A stretch of 64,000 nt of DNA. Origin: Candidatus Aenigmatarchaeota archaeon. GTDB taxonomy: Archaea; Aenigmatarchaeota; Aenigmatarchaeia; Aenigmatarchaeales; Aenigmatarchaeaceae. The position numbers and the translations under genes were made by a program. Location of the stretch: positions 1 through 64,000 of the forward strand of contig JAZDKZ010000007.1 of assembly GCA_043802485.1 (NCBI GenBank), given 5' to 3'. Position 1 is the first letter of the stretch. Each line of letters starts with the position of its first letter. This document shows positions 26,295 through 37,139 of the stretch, one piece after another. The notes under the pieces were generated by a model that saw nothing but the letters and a program-made list of their open reading frames with translations, made no database searches and was not told the origin of the DNA.

Positions 26295-28069
26295 GCGAAA
26301 TGAAAGCAGACGTTGTCTTCGAGGCATCGTTCGAAGTGTGCAACAAGGTCGGCGGCATATACGCTGTACTAAAGTCAAAGGCATCCAGTATGGTGGACCA
26401 CTACAATGAGGACTATTTCCTGATAGGCCCATGGTTCAAGGAGAAGGCTGTCCTAGAGACGATGAAGCGCAAGCCGCCAGTCTTCATGAAGAATGTGTTC
26501 GATGAATTGGAAAAAACCGGCTTGAAATGCTTCTACGGCAAGTGGCTGATACCCAGCAAGCCGAACGTTATACTGATCGATTATTTTGACATGATGAAAA
26601 ACACGAGCCAGATAAAGGAAAGGTTGTGGAAGGATTACGGGGTTGACTCGTGGAACGCTGGATACGACTTTGACGAACCGGTTGTCTGGTCCACTGCAGT
26701 GGGAATGCTTCTCGAAAAATTAATTCCAAGGATCCAGGACAAAAAAGTGGTCTGCCAGTTCCATGAATGGCTGTCAGGAGCAGGTTTATTACATCTAAAG
26801 GGAAAGGCACCGACTGTTTTCACTACGCATGCAACAATCCTCGGCAGGTCGATAGCAGGCAGCGGCGAGGATTTGTACTCTGAGGTGAACAGCGGCAATG
26901 TAATTGAACCGAAAAGGTCTTACAAATACGGCATCCAAGCAAAGCATCTGCTGGAAAAGGCGTGCGCAGAGAACTGCGACGTCTTCACAACAGTTTCCGA
27001 GATAACCGGCAGGGAAGCCGAGTACATACTGGGCAAAAAACCTGACATCATACTGCCGAACGGCCTTGACACGTCAAAGTTCCCGACAATGGAGGAGCTG
27101 GCGCTCTCTCACAGAAAATACAGGAGGAAGATAAAGGACTTTCTCAACTCTTACTTTGGACCTTATTATGACACGAATCTTTTCGACTCCATGCTTTTCT
27201 TCACCTCGGGCAGGTACGAGTTCAGAAACAAGGGTTTTGATGTTTTCATAGACGCGCTGGGTGAGCTGAACAAGAAGATGAAAGACAACAATATGAAGAA
27301 GCAGGTGTTTGTATTTTTCTTCGTTCCCAGCTGGAACGCTGGAGCGAACATCGAAGTCCTAGAGAACATAAGGCTCTATGAGGACATGCAAGAGGAGATA
27401 AAGGACGAGCTGCCGTGGATAGAGGAGATGACAATCGAATCATTGGTAAGGGGCAAGCTGCCCAAGACGTCAAACATATTCAGAACGGATTTCCTGCAGG
27501 AGCTGAAAAGAAAGATGATGGCTTTCAAGCGCAAGGGACTGCCTCCTCTCTGCGTCTTCAACATCGATTGCAAAAACGATTCCATAGTTAATGCCTTCAA
27601 AAAGAACGGACTCTTGAACAAGAGAGATGATAGGGTGAAGGTAATATTCTACCCGTCATACTTGTCATCGACAGACAAGCTGATGGGTCTGAACTATGAG
27701 CAGGCTGTGCAGGGAATGCACCTCGGAGTTTTCCCGTCATACTACGAACCTTGGGGCTATACGCCGCTGGACGCGGCAGCCAACGGCGTGCTTGCTGTCA
27801 CGTCAGACCTGGCAGGCTTTGGCATATTCATCAGGCCCCAGCTGAAGGACAAGGAAGGCATAATGCTGCTTGAAAGGAACGGCAAGACCAATGATGAGAT
27901 AGTGGGGAACATGACAGAAATACTCTGGAAGGTCGTTACCATGAAGAGAAAGGACAGAATTCCAAAGAAAGCAGAGGCAAAGGACCTTGCCACTTTATCT
28001 GACTGGAAGATACTTGTCAAGAGGTATGTCAAGGCTCATGACATGGCCTTGGAGAAATTCAAACGGTAA
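26291..28069 (+). CDS. GT3 glycogen synthase (eukaryote/Bacteroidota type)
   Basis: FEASFEVCNKVGGIY, FHEW, FTTHATILGR, SGRYEFRNKG, GVFPSYYEPWGYTP. Confidence 0.92.
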   Translation: MSEMKADVVFEASFEVCNKVGGIYAVLKSKASSMVDHYNEDYFLIGPWFKEKAVLETMKRKPPVFMKNVFDELEKTGLKCFYGKWLIPSKPNVILIDYFDMMKNTSQIKERLWKDYGVDSWNAGYDFDEPVVWSTAVGMLLEKLIPRIQDKKVVCQFHEWLSGAGLLHLKGKAPTVFTTHATILGRSIAGSGEDLYSEVNSGNVIEPKRSYKYGIQAKHLLEKACAENCDVFTTVSEITGREAEYILGKKPDIILPNGLDTSKFPTMEELALSHRKYRRKIKDFLNSYFGPYYDTNLFDSMLFFTSGRYEFRNKGFDVFIDALGELNKKMKDNNMKKQVFVFFFVPSWNAGANIEVLENIRLYEDMQEEIKDELPWIEEMTIESLVRGKLPKTSNIFRTDFLQELKRKMMAFKRKGLPPLCVFNIDCKNDSIVNAFKKNGLLNKRDDRVKVIFYPSYLSSTDKLMGLNYEQAVQGMHLGVFPSYYEPWGYTPLDAAANGVLAVTSDLAGFGIFIRPQLKDKEGIMLLERNGKTNDEIVGNMTEILWKVVTMKRKDRIPKKAEAKDLATLSDWKILVKRYVKAHDMALEKFKR

Positions 28070-28121
28070 AAACCTAACTAAATCTAAAGGATATTTAAGC
28101 GGGCTCAACAAAAAAATAGTT

Positions 28122-30248
28122 ATGAAAGGCAGAACAGCATTCATTGTTTTGGGTTTAGTATTAGTTTTAATTGTTTTCGTTGCAGTCTTTTATCAGAATC
28201 CGACAGGAACCAACGAAGGCATAAAGAAATTTTCTTCTTACAGCGAGCTGCAGAACTTTCTAAAAGCAGGTTCAGAGTCATGGGAATACGGCTCTTTTGG
28301 AGCTCCAATGACAACTGGGGTAACAAGACAAGCTGTCTCGGAAACAGCCATGGGCACCAGCTCTGATTCTGCAAAGGCAGAGTCTGTGCCAGCCCCGACA
28401 GCCGGCGGCTCTGATTACTCTGAAACAAACATACAGGTGGCAGGGGTCGACGAGGCGGACATCATAAAGAACGATGGCAAGTACATCTATGTTGTCTCTG
28501 GGAGAAAGGTTGTTATTGTTGACGCCTATCCTGCTGAGCAAGCACAGATTATTTCTGAAATAGAGTTCAACGGCAGCGTGAACGAGATATTCATAAACGG
28601 CAATAAATTGGTGGTGTTCGGATGGGAGGACTATTACAGCGCAGGCATACCGGAAATCGGCATAGCGAGAAGGTACTCGCAAAATACCTTTGCCAAGGTG
28701 TATGACATTTCCGACAGAGCTAATCCGGAAATGAAAAGGAGCGTCTCTGCCGAGGGCAACTTTTATGATTCTAGGATGATCGGAGACTATGTCTACCTTG
28801 TCATCAACCAGCCAGTATACTATGGCGGGTCGGACCCGATACCGCTTCCTGTGATAAGCTCTGGCTCGTCAACGAAAAGGCTGGCAGCTTCTGACATCTA
28901 CTATTTCGACTATCATGACAGTTCTTACATGTTCACAAACATCATCGCAATAAACACCCAGAACGACCAGGAGGCTTTTTCCAGCAAGACGTTCCTGATG
29001 GGCTACACGCAGAACATGTACGTCTCACAGAACAACATATACGTCGTCTACACCAAGAGGCTCAGCGAAGCTGATTATTATGACAGGATAATAGACGAGG
29101 CCATAATACCTAATGTTCCCTTTGAAATACAATTGAAGATAAGCGAGATAAGAAATTCCGACAAGGAAGATTATGAAAAGATGAATGATATCGGAGAAGT
29201 GATTCAGGATTATATCGAAACCTTGGGGCCTGAGGCAGGAGCAGCTTTCATGAAAAGAGTCGAGGAGAGGGTGCAGCAGGTCTACCAGGATATTGCCAAG
29301 GAACTCGAGAAGACCATCATTCATAAGATTTCGATTACTGGCGGCAGCATAGAATACGCGACCAACGGCGAAGTGCCAGGCTACACTCTGAACCAGTTCT
29401 CCATGGACGAATACAACGGCAACTTCAGGGTTGCAACAACAACGAACAACTGGAGGACAGACTCCCTGAATCACATGTATGTGCTTGACAGCAATCTCAA
29501 CATAATAGGAAAGCTGGAAGACCTTGCAAGCGGCGAGAGAATCTATTCTGTCAGGTTCATTGGAGACAAGGCCTACATGGTTACTTTCAGGCAAATCGAC
29601 CCGCTGTTTGTGATTGACTTGTCCAACCCAACAAATCCACAAGTGTTAGGATTTTTGAAGATACCTGGAGTGTCTGATTACCTGCACCCTTACGACGAGA
29701 CACACATCATCGGAATAGGCAGGGATGCAACAGAACAAGGCATGATAACAGGAATGAAACTGTCCTTGTTCGACGTTAGCGACGTTTCCAATCCTACGGA
29801 AGTTTCAAAGTATATAATCGGCGAGAGGGGAACTTACTCGGAGGCTTTGAATGACCACAAGGCATTCCTGTTCAGCAGGGAGAAGAACCTTTTGGTCATA
29901 CCTGTGAGGGTTTACGAAGAGAATTATAAAGAAGCCTTCCAAGGAGCATATGTGTTCAATGTTGACTTGACCAACGGTTTTGTTCTGAAGGGAACAGTGA
30001 CCCATGTCAATGAGACAGCAAAGGAAGAGAAAGAATGGTATTATGAGTGGAACTCTGAAGTCAGGAGGTCATTGTACATTGATGATGTTTTGTACACTGT
30101 TTCAAATAAAATGGTAAAGGCGAATGACCTTATTGACATGAGTGAAATCAATAAAGTGGAACTTCCTGTAGAAGATGTGTACGGATATATCCGCGGTGGA
30201 GTAGGAATAGCTATGACAGATACATCAGAAGCTCCTATTGCTCAATAG
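28122..30248 (+). CDS. Secreted/membrane-anchored beta-propeller protein (Beta_propel family)
   Basis: N-terminal TM; YSETNIQVAGVDEADIIKNDG, LNQFSMDEYNG, ERIYSVRF, VTFRQIDPLFVIDL; start moved to ATG 28122. Confidence 0.88.
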   Translation: MKGRTAFIVLGLVLVLIVFVAVFYQNPTGTNEGIKKFSSYSELQNFLKAGSESWEYGSFGAPMTTGVTRQAVSETAMGTSSDSAKAESVPAPTAGGSDYSETNIQVAGVDEADIIKNDGKYIYVVSGRKVVIVDAYPAEQAQIISEIEFNGSVNEIFINGNKLVVFGWEDYYSAGIPEIGIARRYSQNTFAKVYDISDRANPEMKRSVSAEGNFYDSRMIGDYVYLVINQPVYYGGSDPIPLPVISSGSSTKRLAASDIYYFDYHDSSYMFTNIIAINTQNDQEAFSSKTFLMGYTQNMYVSQNNIYVVYTKRLSEADYYDRIIDEAIIPNVPFEIQLKISEIRNSDKEDYEKMNDIGEVIQDYIETLGPEAGAAFMKRVEERVQQVYQDIAKELEKTIIHKISITGGSIEYATNGEVPGYTLNQFSMDEYNGNFRVATTTNNWRTDSLNHMYVLDSNLNIIGKLEDLASGERIYSVRFIGDKAYMVTFRQIDPLFVIDLSNPTNPQVLGFLKIPGVSDYLHPYDETHIIGIGRDATEQGMITGMKLSLFDVSDVSNPTEVSKYIIGERGTYSEALNDHKAFLFSREKNLLVIPVRVYEENYKEAFQGAYVFNVDLTNGFVLKGTVTHVNETAKEEKEWYYEWNSEVRRSLYIDDVLYTVSNKMVKANDLIDMSEINKVELPVEDVYGYIRGGVGIAMTDTSEAPIAQ

Positions 30249-30676
30249 CTTTTCAAATGACTCTGTCCATGTTTTTGGAAAATTGTAAGAAATACAAGAT
30301 TGTTTCTACCTTTGTTAACAACCCTATGCCAAGAATTGAAAGGAACTGTTATCAGGTCGTCTTTTTTCACAGAAAATCTCTTCTTGTCTATCAGAATCTT
30401 CCCACTGCCCTTCAAGAAAATATAAACTTCCTCCGCATTGTGCTTGTGGCCTCGTGTCATCCTGAATTCCTTGTTGACCTTGCCTGATGGGATTGTATTA
30501 AGGGTAATCATCAGTTTTTTCAGGCCAGACTCTTTAGAAGGAACGTCCACAAGAATTTCATTTATCTGGTTACCGCAACCTCTGATGTCTTTGTAAATAT
30601 TTTTGCCGTCTTTGACAGCTTCCCTTACCTTCATTGTCACTTTTTTTCCCTTGAACCTATTCAGATTCGTCTTCAT
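30242..30676 (-). CDS. pgiA: Cupin-type glucose-6-phosphate isomerase-like protein
   Basis: MTRGHKH..EEVYIFLKGSG and WHRVVNKG cupin motifs; operon with tpi and fbp. Confidence 0.75.
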   Translation of the reverse strand: MKTNLNRFKGKKVTMKVREAVKDGKNIYKDIRGCGNQINEILVDVPSKESGLKKLMITLNTIPSGKVNKEFRMTRGHKHNAEEVYIFLKGSGKILIDKKRFSVKKDDLITVPFNSWHRVVNKGRNNLVFLTIFQKHGQSHLKSY

Positions 30677-31338
30677 AGCATTCCCATTACAAGCTCTTCC
30701 ATCACATGCTCGATGTCATCGGCCTTGACAACGCCCGAGGCGACAAGAACGCCCTTGGCTCCTAGGTATATCGCCTTCTTGACATCCATCTTGGTCTTGA
30801 CTCCTGCTCCACAGAGAATCTCTATGCCAGGATACAACTCCTTGACATCCTCGACAGATTTCTTTATTATGTCTGGCCTGGCAGTCGAGATAGAAACATC
30901 GCCACCTATAAGTTCGGGAGGCTCCAAGGCGATGAAATCCGGCTTGAACTTTGCCAGCTGCATCACCTCTCTATTGTCCTGCGCGCACACTATTGATGTC
31001 AGTTCATATTTCCTGCACAGCTCCACGCATTTCTTGATGTCCTCGTGCGGAATCCTCTTCTCAGAATGGTTTATCAGAGAGCCGACGCCGCCCAACTCTT
31101 TTACTTCTTTGGCCAACATGGCTCCTGTATGCGCTCCAGGCTCATATGGATCAATATGCTGTGCTATTGTCTGTGCTATTTTTGATATATTGTCTATCAA
31201 CGGCGCAGGCGGAGCGATAAGAATCGTGACATCATATTTCTCAGAAAGGTTCTTGGCAGCTATGGCAAAATCCAAAGGCCTGTTGCCTAGAGCCTGGTCA
31301 TATTCTTTAAGATTGACTATAAGTAAAGGTGTTTTCAT
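30673..31338 (-). CDS. tpiA: Triosephosphate isomerase (archaeal type)
   Basis: IVNLK, AQHID, INHSEK, EPPELIGG, GVLVASG. Confidence 0.97.
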   Translation of the reverse strand: MKTPLLIVNLKEYDQALGNRPLDFAIAAKNLSEKYDVTILIAPPAPLIDNISKIAQTIAQHIDPYEPGAHTGAMLAKEVKELGGVGSLINHSEKRIPHEDIKKCVELCRKYELTSIVCAQDNREVMQLAKFKPDFIALEPPELIGGDVSISTARPDIIKKSVEDVKELYPGIEILCGAGVKTKMDVKKAIYLGAKGVLVASGVVKADDIEHVMEELVMGML

Positions 31339-31341
31339 AAA

Positions 31342-32436
31342 TTATATATCTTTGAACCTTTTCTTAAGCTTTTTCTTTATCGACGGCAGTGTAGTGTACT
31401 CCATTGCTTCAGAATCAAGCCTGTGCGGTTCGAATGGTCCGTTGGCTCTCATGAAATCTGCAAGTTCATTAGCCTTCTCTCTGGTCCTGTCAAACGACTT
31501 GTCAGCAAGCATGTCCCTGGGTATACCAAGCATGCCGTCGGCTAGCTGGAAGCCCAAAGCCATAACCCTTGGCGGGCCGTCGAACCTTGTCGGCGTGGCA
31601 TCCTCTACTGCAACAGGCATTAATGGGCCGTGATGACTACCTCTCATCCACCCTGCAACAAGCCATGGTTGGGCGAATGCCTCAAGAATCTCTCCAACTG
31701 CTGGCAAACCGTGCTGCGCCCTTACAATCATGACAGGATCGTCCTTTCCAACATATCTTCCTGCTATCAAGCTAAGACGGCTTGTGGAAGTAGAAGATGC
31801 GTAAAGCTTGTCATCATTCCTGTAAACATGCTTTATGACATACCTTCCAGGCTGGCCGATAAAGGCTAGTAAATCGTAAATCTCATCCGGGCACTTTAAC
31901 TCAATCTTCTTGTTCTCTATGACATCATGAACCTCGAAAGTGAAGCCTGCGTGCAGCTCCGGATCAATGACAAGACCTACTGTGTTGAACGGGTCTGCGA
32001 ACATTTTATACAACGGAATGTTCCATGCGCCTGGCTCTGTCTTGTCTGCCATGAAAATTATGACCGGCTCTGAAGGCCTTTCCTCGAACTCCAGCTCAGC
32101 GACTCCAGGACCCATGCCGTGCAGGTTTCCCGAGAAGGTGTCCTTTAGCAAATCCTGGCCTGCTCCGTACAGTTTCAACTCCTTGGCCTTTTCTGTGCAT
32201 GTCTTGAAGACGTTCCAGGCCATGCCGTGTATATCGCTGTTGTCATTGCCGTGCTGGTGCGTCATTATCAGCTGCAAATCGTCACCGCATGCCGTAACAT
32301 AGAAGTCCTTGATAAAACCCTTGTTCTTCTCCTCCTGTAGTATGTTTCTTGCCATCTGCAGAATTTCAGGGTGGCTTGAAGAATGGCCGACCCAACCACC
32401 TATGTCAGCTTTAATCACGCTTAGCGTAGTTCTCAT
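31342..32436 (-). CDS. fbp: Bifunctional fructose-1,6-bisphosphate aldolase/phosphatase
   Basis: SVIKADIGG, CGDDL, LYGAGQDLL, DKTEPGAWN, YVGKDDP, WMRGSHHGP. Confidence 0.97.
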   Translation of the reverse strand: MRTTLSVIKADIGGWVGHSSSHPEILQMARNILQEEKNKGFIKDFYVTACGDDLQLIMTHQHGNDNSDIHGMAWNVFKTCTEKAKELKLYGAGQDLLKDTFSGNLHGMGPGVAELEFEERPSEPVIIFMADKTEPGAWNIPLYKMFADPFNTVGLVIDPELHAGFTFEVHDVIENKKIELKCPDEIYDLLAFIGQPGRYVIKHVYRNDDKLYASSTSTSRLSLIAGRYVGKDDPVMIVRAQHGLPAVGEILEAFAQPWLVAGWMRGSHHGPLMPVAVEDATPTRFDGPPRVMALGFQLADGMLGIPRDMLADKSFDRTREKANELADFMRANGPFEPHRLDSEAMEYTTLPSIKKKLKKRFKDI

Positions 32437-32521
32437 ACATTACATTTTGTAAAAAGTCCCATATAAAGGTTTTGTTGATTTAAAGTAATTCTTTTATTCT
32501 GGAAATATCAATATTCTATCT

Positions 32522-33700
32522 ATGTCAGCCAACCAGGAGACAAGATTAAAGACAGAAAACTTTGATTGGGACAAGAAACAGGTTCTCAAGACTTTCAAAG
32601 CTGCTGCTAATCTGTTCGTAAAGGACGTTGGTGGAGAGGTCCAGCTATGGGCTGCTAGCAGGGATTGGTTCATGCACGAGTATGGAAGGGATACGTTCGT
32701 ATCGCTGCCAGGCCTACTGCTCACACAAGGAAAGTTCAAGGAAGCGAAACAGGTATTCCAGAGGTTTGCAAAACTGCAGAAGAAAGGTCTAATACCCAAC
32801 ACCATACAGAACGGCGCTGCAGAATACAACTCTGCTGACGCTTCCATGTGGTTCATAAACGCGATGAGAAAGTATCTGGAATACACCAATGATTCCAAAT
32901 TCGTCAAGGAAATGATGCCTGCAATGAAGAAAATTATGGAAGCTTATGGGAAAGGGACAGCTTACAAGAGATTCGGCAAGAGGCTTAACATCTGGATGGA
33001 CGACGACGGCCTGATAGCAAGCCCTGCCCAGGCTACATGGATGGACGCTGACTGCTTTGGCAAGATTGACCCAATAACGCCGAGGAACGGCAAGGCTGTC
33101 GAGATAAACGTTCTCTGGTATGACAACCTAAAGTTTCTGTCAAAGTTTGACAACGACTATGTTTACCTTGCAGAGAATGTGAAGAAATCTTTCAACAAAA
33201 AGTTCTGGAACAGGTCAGAGAACGCGCTTCACGACGTAATAGGCGGCGACCTGCATGGCAGGGCCGTGCGGCCGAACATGATCTTCGCTGTCCGCAGCGA
33301 CCTGCTGTCCAAGATGAGGCAGAAGCAGGTTGTCAAGAAAGTTGAGAGCGAGCTGCTCACGCCAGGAGGCTTGAGGACCCTGTCTCACAAGGATTCCCAG
33401 TACGTCGGAACCTATGACACCAGCATGCCTTCGGAGGAAAAGGACAATGCATACCATCAGGGAACTGTATGGCCCTGGCTGATTGGCGGTTACTGTGACG
33501 CCCTTGCTAAAGTCGGCAGGGAGAAGGAAATCAAAAAGGTCATTACGCCTCTTACAAGATTCTGTTTGGAAAGCCCTTACAAATCGCTGCCAGAAGTTTT
33601 CTCCGGTGATTCTCCTTATGAGCCTGGCGGAACAACCTCCCAGGCATGGAGTGTTGCAGAAGTTCTGAGAATTCTGGTTGAACATAAATTAATCGAATAA
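32522..33700 (+). CDS. Amylo-alpha-1,6-glucosidase (glycogen debranching, GDE_C)
   Basis: GRDTFVSLPGL, YNSADAS, TWMDA, YHQGTVWPWL, SQAWSVAE. Confidence 0.93.
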   Translation: MSANQETRLKTENFDWDKKQVLKTFKAAANLFVKDVGGEVQLWAASRDWFMHEYGRDTFVSLPGLLLTQGKFKEAKQVFQRFAKLQKKGLIPNTIQNGAAEYNSADASMWFINAMRKYLEYTNDSKFVKEMMPAMKKIMEAYGKGTAYKRFGKRLNIWMDDDGLIASPAQATWMDADCFGKIDPITPRNGKAVEINVLWYDNLKFLSKFDNDYVYLAENVKKSFNKKFWNRSENALHDVIGGDLHGRAVRPNMIFAVRSDLLSKMRQKQVVKKVESELLTPGGLRTLSHKDSQYVGTYDTSMPSEEKDNAYHQGTVWPWLIGGYCDALAKVGREKEIKKVITPLTRFCLESPYKSLPEVFSGDSPYEPGGTTSQAWSVAEVLRILVEHKLIE

Positions 33701-33749
33701 AGCACTACACAAACAACACAAATATATAGGGCATCACAATATTCTATAT

Positions 33750-35210
33750 ATGCCAAACATTTTCGATGAAATAAAATCAAAAGACGCTTACAAGATTCTG
33801 ATCAACGGCAAGTGGGTCAACTCTTCCACCAAGAAGACCTCTGAGGTAATGAACCCTGCAGACGGCTCGGTGATTGCCAAGGTGCAGAGAGCGTCCAAGA
33901 TAGACGCAGAAAAGGCGATAAAGGCTGCTTTCGAATCCAAGGCAAAAGCCAACATGCCAGCATTCCAAAGGTGCCAGATTTTGAACAAGATGGCAGACCT
34001 AATCGAAGAGCATTCAGAAGAGTTCCTGGACATTATCTGCAAAGAGTCTGGCAAGACCAAGAGCCTTGCGCAAGGAGAGGTTCATGCTTCAGTAGAAAGG
34101 CTGAGGATGGCCGGTGATGAGGCAACGTGCTTAAGGGGAGAAATAATACAAGGTGATGTTATTTCAAAGACAAAGGCAACAGCCATGGTTGTCAGGCAGC
34201 CTTTGGGAGTCATACTGGCAATAACGCCTTTCAACTATCCGCTGTTCACTGCTATTTCCAAAATTGCGCCTGCCATAGCTGCAGGAAACAGCCTGGTAGT
34301 AAAGCCTGCAAGCGCTGACCCGATATGCCTGCTGATGTTTGGCAGGATAATGCAAGAGGCTGGCATGCCTGACGGAACAGTCAACGTGATAACAGGCTCT
34401 GGCTCAGAGATTGGGGATTTCATGGTTTCTCATCCTGACATCAACATGATATCTTTCACAGGAAGCAGCGCTGCTGGAAAGCATCTGGCAGGCATTGCTG
34501 GCATGAAGAAGCTGCACCTGGAGTTGGGAGGCAAGGCGCCTGCCATTGTATTGGAGGACTGTGACCTTGACAAGGCTGTCAAAGAGTGCCTGGCAGGCTC
34601 GATAAAGTTCTCCGGGCAAAGATGCGACGCGATAAGCAGGGTTCTTGTTGTTGATTCTATAGCAGACCAGTTCGTCTCCAAGACCCTGGAGGAGATAAAG
34701 AAATGGAAGTTCGGCGACCCAAGGCAAGAGGACACTGTTGTCGGTCCCATGATAAGCGAGGGGGCTGCCAAGTTTGTGGAGGAACTGGTGAACGATGCAG
34801 TAAAGAAGGGAGCAAAACTTCTCTTTGGCGGGAAGAGGTTTGAGCATGGCTACTTTGAACCTACGGTTCTGGACAATGTCACAAAGGACATGAGAATCGC
34901 CTGGGAGGAGACCTTCGGCCCTGTCGTCACTATCATAAGAGTCAAGGACTATGAGGAAGCCATCAGCCTCTCAAATGAGTCGGAATACGGTCTAGACTCT
35001 TGCATATTCACACAAGACATTGACAAGGCCTTTGATGCTGGCCGGAGACTGGAATGCGGCTCTGTGCACATAAACGCTCATCCTACGCACGGTATCGGTC
35101 TGTTCACTTTCGGCGGTGACGAGAGCTCTGGCATAGGCAGGCAGGGCATCATGCACAGCGCAGAGGACATGACCAAGCCTCACACGATTGTGCTGCATCC
35201 GAAAGAATAG
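33750..35210 (+). CDS. gapN: Non-phosphorylating glyceraldehyde-3-phosphate dehydrogenase (ALDH family)
   Basis: ITPFNYP, FTGS, ELGGK, FSGQRCDAI, EETFGP; glycolytic gene context. Confidence 0.8.
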   Translation: MPNIFDEIKSKDAYKILINGKWVNSSTKKTSEVMNPADGSVIAKVQRASKIDAEKAIKAAFESKAKANMPAFQRCQILNKMADLIEEHSEEFLDIICKESGKTKSLAQGEVHASVERLRMAGDEATCLRGEIIQGDVISKTKATAMVVRQPLGVILAITPFNYPLFTAISKIAPAIAAGNSLVVKPASADPICLLMFGRIMQEAGMPDGTVNVITGSGSEIGDFMVSHPDINMISFTGSSAAGKHLAGIAGMKKLHLELGGKAPAIVLEDCDLDKAVKECLAGSIKFSGQRCDAISRVLVVDSIADQFVSKTLEEIKKWKFGDPRQEDTVVGPMISEGAAKFVEELVNDAVKKGAKLLFGGKRFEHGYFEPTVLDNVTKDMRIAWEETFGPVVTIIRVKDYEEAISLSNESEYGLDSCIFTQDIDKAFDAGRRLECGSVHINAHPTHGIGLFTFGGDESSGIGRQGIMHSAEDMTKPHTIVLHPKE

Positions 35211-35280
35211 TTATTTTCTTTAAAAATCTTGTAGCATACGCAGCCTTTACTTATTTTAAAACCAGCGCCAATTATATTAT

Positions 35281-36609
35281 ATGGTGTTGTTCAGAGCCTA
35301 TGACATACGGGGCGTCTACAAGAAGGACTTGGACGAGAAGATAATGCTGAAACTGGGCAAGGCGCTCGGAACCATTCTCAAAGGGAACAAGAACATAGCA
35401 GTAGGCTATGACACGAGGCTTTCTTCGAAAAGATTGTTCGACCAGTTCGCAAAAGGAATAATGTCAACAGGCTGCAATGTCATATCCTTGGGAATGGTCA
35501 CCACCCCGATGCTAAACTTCTATGCTTGGAAAAACAAGACCTATGGAGCAATGATCAGCGCGTCCCACAACCCAAAGGATTGGAACGGCCTGAAGATCAT
35601 CAGACCGTCTGGCGTAAGCTTCATCAACGAGATGGACGAGCTGAAGAAGACCTTCAAGTTCAACAAGTTCATTAGCGGCAGCGGCAAGATGACGAAAAAG
35701 AACGTCATTGAGGAATACTCAACCTTCATCAGGAGGAAGCTAGGCCGCATCAAGAAAAAGGTTGTCGTCGAATTTTTCGGCGGCGCCGGCGTTGCAACGC
35801 TTCCCATACTGAAACAACTAGGACTGGACGTGACAAGCCTGCACGACGTGCCTGACTGCAACTTCTTTGGTTTCGAGAGGCCTGACCCGCAAAAGCCAGG
35901 CAACCTGAAGATGATCAAAGAAACGGTCAAGGAAAAGGAAGCCGAATTTGGGGTGGCCTTTGACGGCGACGGAGACAGGGCCATATTCATAGACGACAAG
36001 GGCAATGAGCTTAACACGAGCATGGCAATGGCCGTATTCATAGACTATATACTAAGCAAGAAAAGAAGGGGTAAAATAATAATCACAAGGGATTCGGCCA
36101 GCGGCCTCAAGGAGCTGACAGAAAAGTTAGGTGGGAAGCTGATATGGGGCAAGATAGGGCACGGCTACATGGAAAGGAGGATATCCTTTGAAAATGCCCT
36201 TTTCGGCGGGGAGCAGAGCGGCCACCTGTCTTTTGGTGATTTTTACCCGTTCTCGGACGGCTTTCTGGCAGCAGCCTACATGGCCAAGATACTCTCGGAA
36301 AGCGGGGAGAAGCTATCCACTGTCACGAGCAAAAAGGAATTCTCGGGAATAAACCAGATAGGCAAGTTCTACATCGATGCCAAATCTAGGGAGAACATGG
36401 TCAAGGTGATAAAGAAGCTGAAGAAGAAATACCACAATGACCAGCAGGTCATGGGCGGGGTCAGGATAAAGCTGAGCAGGTCCGAGTGGGTGCTTATGCG
36501 GCCAAGCCAAGAAACCCCTGAAATAAACCTGTGCATAGAGGCGAAGACCAAGACAAAGCTGAACGAGCTTTTCCAAAAGTATTCGAAGGTTGTCAGAAAG
36601 TTTATCTGA
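35281..36609 (+). CDS. Phosphoglucomutase/phosphomannomutase
   Basis: FRAYDIRG, SASHNP, FDGDGDR, GEQSGH. Confidence 0.93.
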   Translation: MVLFRAYDIRGVYKKDLDEKIMLKLGKALGTILKGNKNIAVGYDTRLSSKRLFDQFAKGIMSTGCNVISLGMVTTPMLNFYAWKNKTYGAMISASHNPKDWNGLKIIRPSGVSFINEMDELKKTFKFNKFISGSGKMTKKNVIEEYSTFIRRKLGRIKKKVVVEFFGGAGVATLPILKQLGLDVTSLHDVPDCNFFGFERPDPQKPGNLKMIKETVKEKEAEFGVAFDGDGDRAIFIDDKGNELNTSMAMAVFIDYILSKKRRGKIIITRDSASGLKELTEKLGGKLIWGKIGHGYMERRISFENALFGGEQSGHLSFGDFYPFSDGFLAAAYMAKILSESGEKLSTVTSKKEFSGINQIGKFYIDAKSRENMVKVIKKLKKKYHNDQQVMGGVRIKLSRSEWVLMRPSQETPEINLCIEAKTKTKLNELFQKYSKVVRKFI

Positions 36610-37108
36610 CAATCGCATAAGGTGTAATCTCTTCCAGAATTTCTTGCGGGCTCTTTTCTGGGTCATATTTTTTCTCTTTAAAAATCTTCTTCAACTTCTC
36701 GCCTATAACAGGGCTCCTCATAACAGTGTCAAGAAGCGTTGCCTCGTTCTTGTAGAGGTAATGACCAATTTCTCCATTCACCTTTATTTCTGTGTTTTGA
36801 CCATTATCCCCAAGATATATTGGTACCTCTTCGGAAAGTCGTTCATCCTCAACAAAAACTTTCCACTTTGAACGACCCTTACTAACACTTACTTTATCAA
36901 AAGTCTGCTTCAAGTAGGACAAGATACCTTCTAAATCTCCGTCATTTAGCTTTACAGGAGGGAATAATGATTTGTCAAAAATATTATGTTTATACCTTAT
37001 ACCGTAGACAGTACCTTCTCCTGTTTGTTGACTAATAAACCTTATGTCGCAGACAATACTTTCTCCTGTCTGCTGACTATTTTTTTCCTTTTCAAAAATA
37101 GCAGACAT
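36602..37108 (-). CDS. Hypothetical protein (AT-rich)
   Basis: 168-aa ORF filling the gap; no motif recognised. Confidence 0.65.
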   Translation of the reverse strand: MSAIFEKEKNSQQTGESIVCDIRFISQQTGEGTVYGIRYKHNIFDKSLFPPVKLNDGDLEGILSYLKQTFDKVSVSKGRSKWKVFVEDERLSEEVPIYLGDNGQNTEIKVNGEIGHYLYKNEATLLDTVMRSPVIGEKLKKIFKEKKYDPEKSPQEILEEITPYAIVR

Positions 37109-37139
37109 ACTTTGTGTTAGAATCTGAGAAATTTAAGTC

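Noticed and set aside
27987..28121. N-terminal extension of the beta-propeller ORF
   Set aside because: Overlaps the GT3 gene; ATG 28122 gives a proper signal/TM start.
30713..31633. 306-aa plus-strand ORF
   Set aside because: Antisense to tpiA and fbp; no recognisable motifs.
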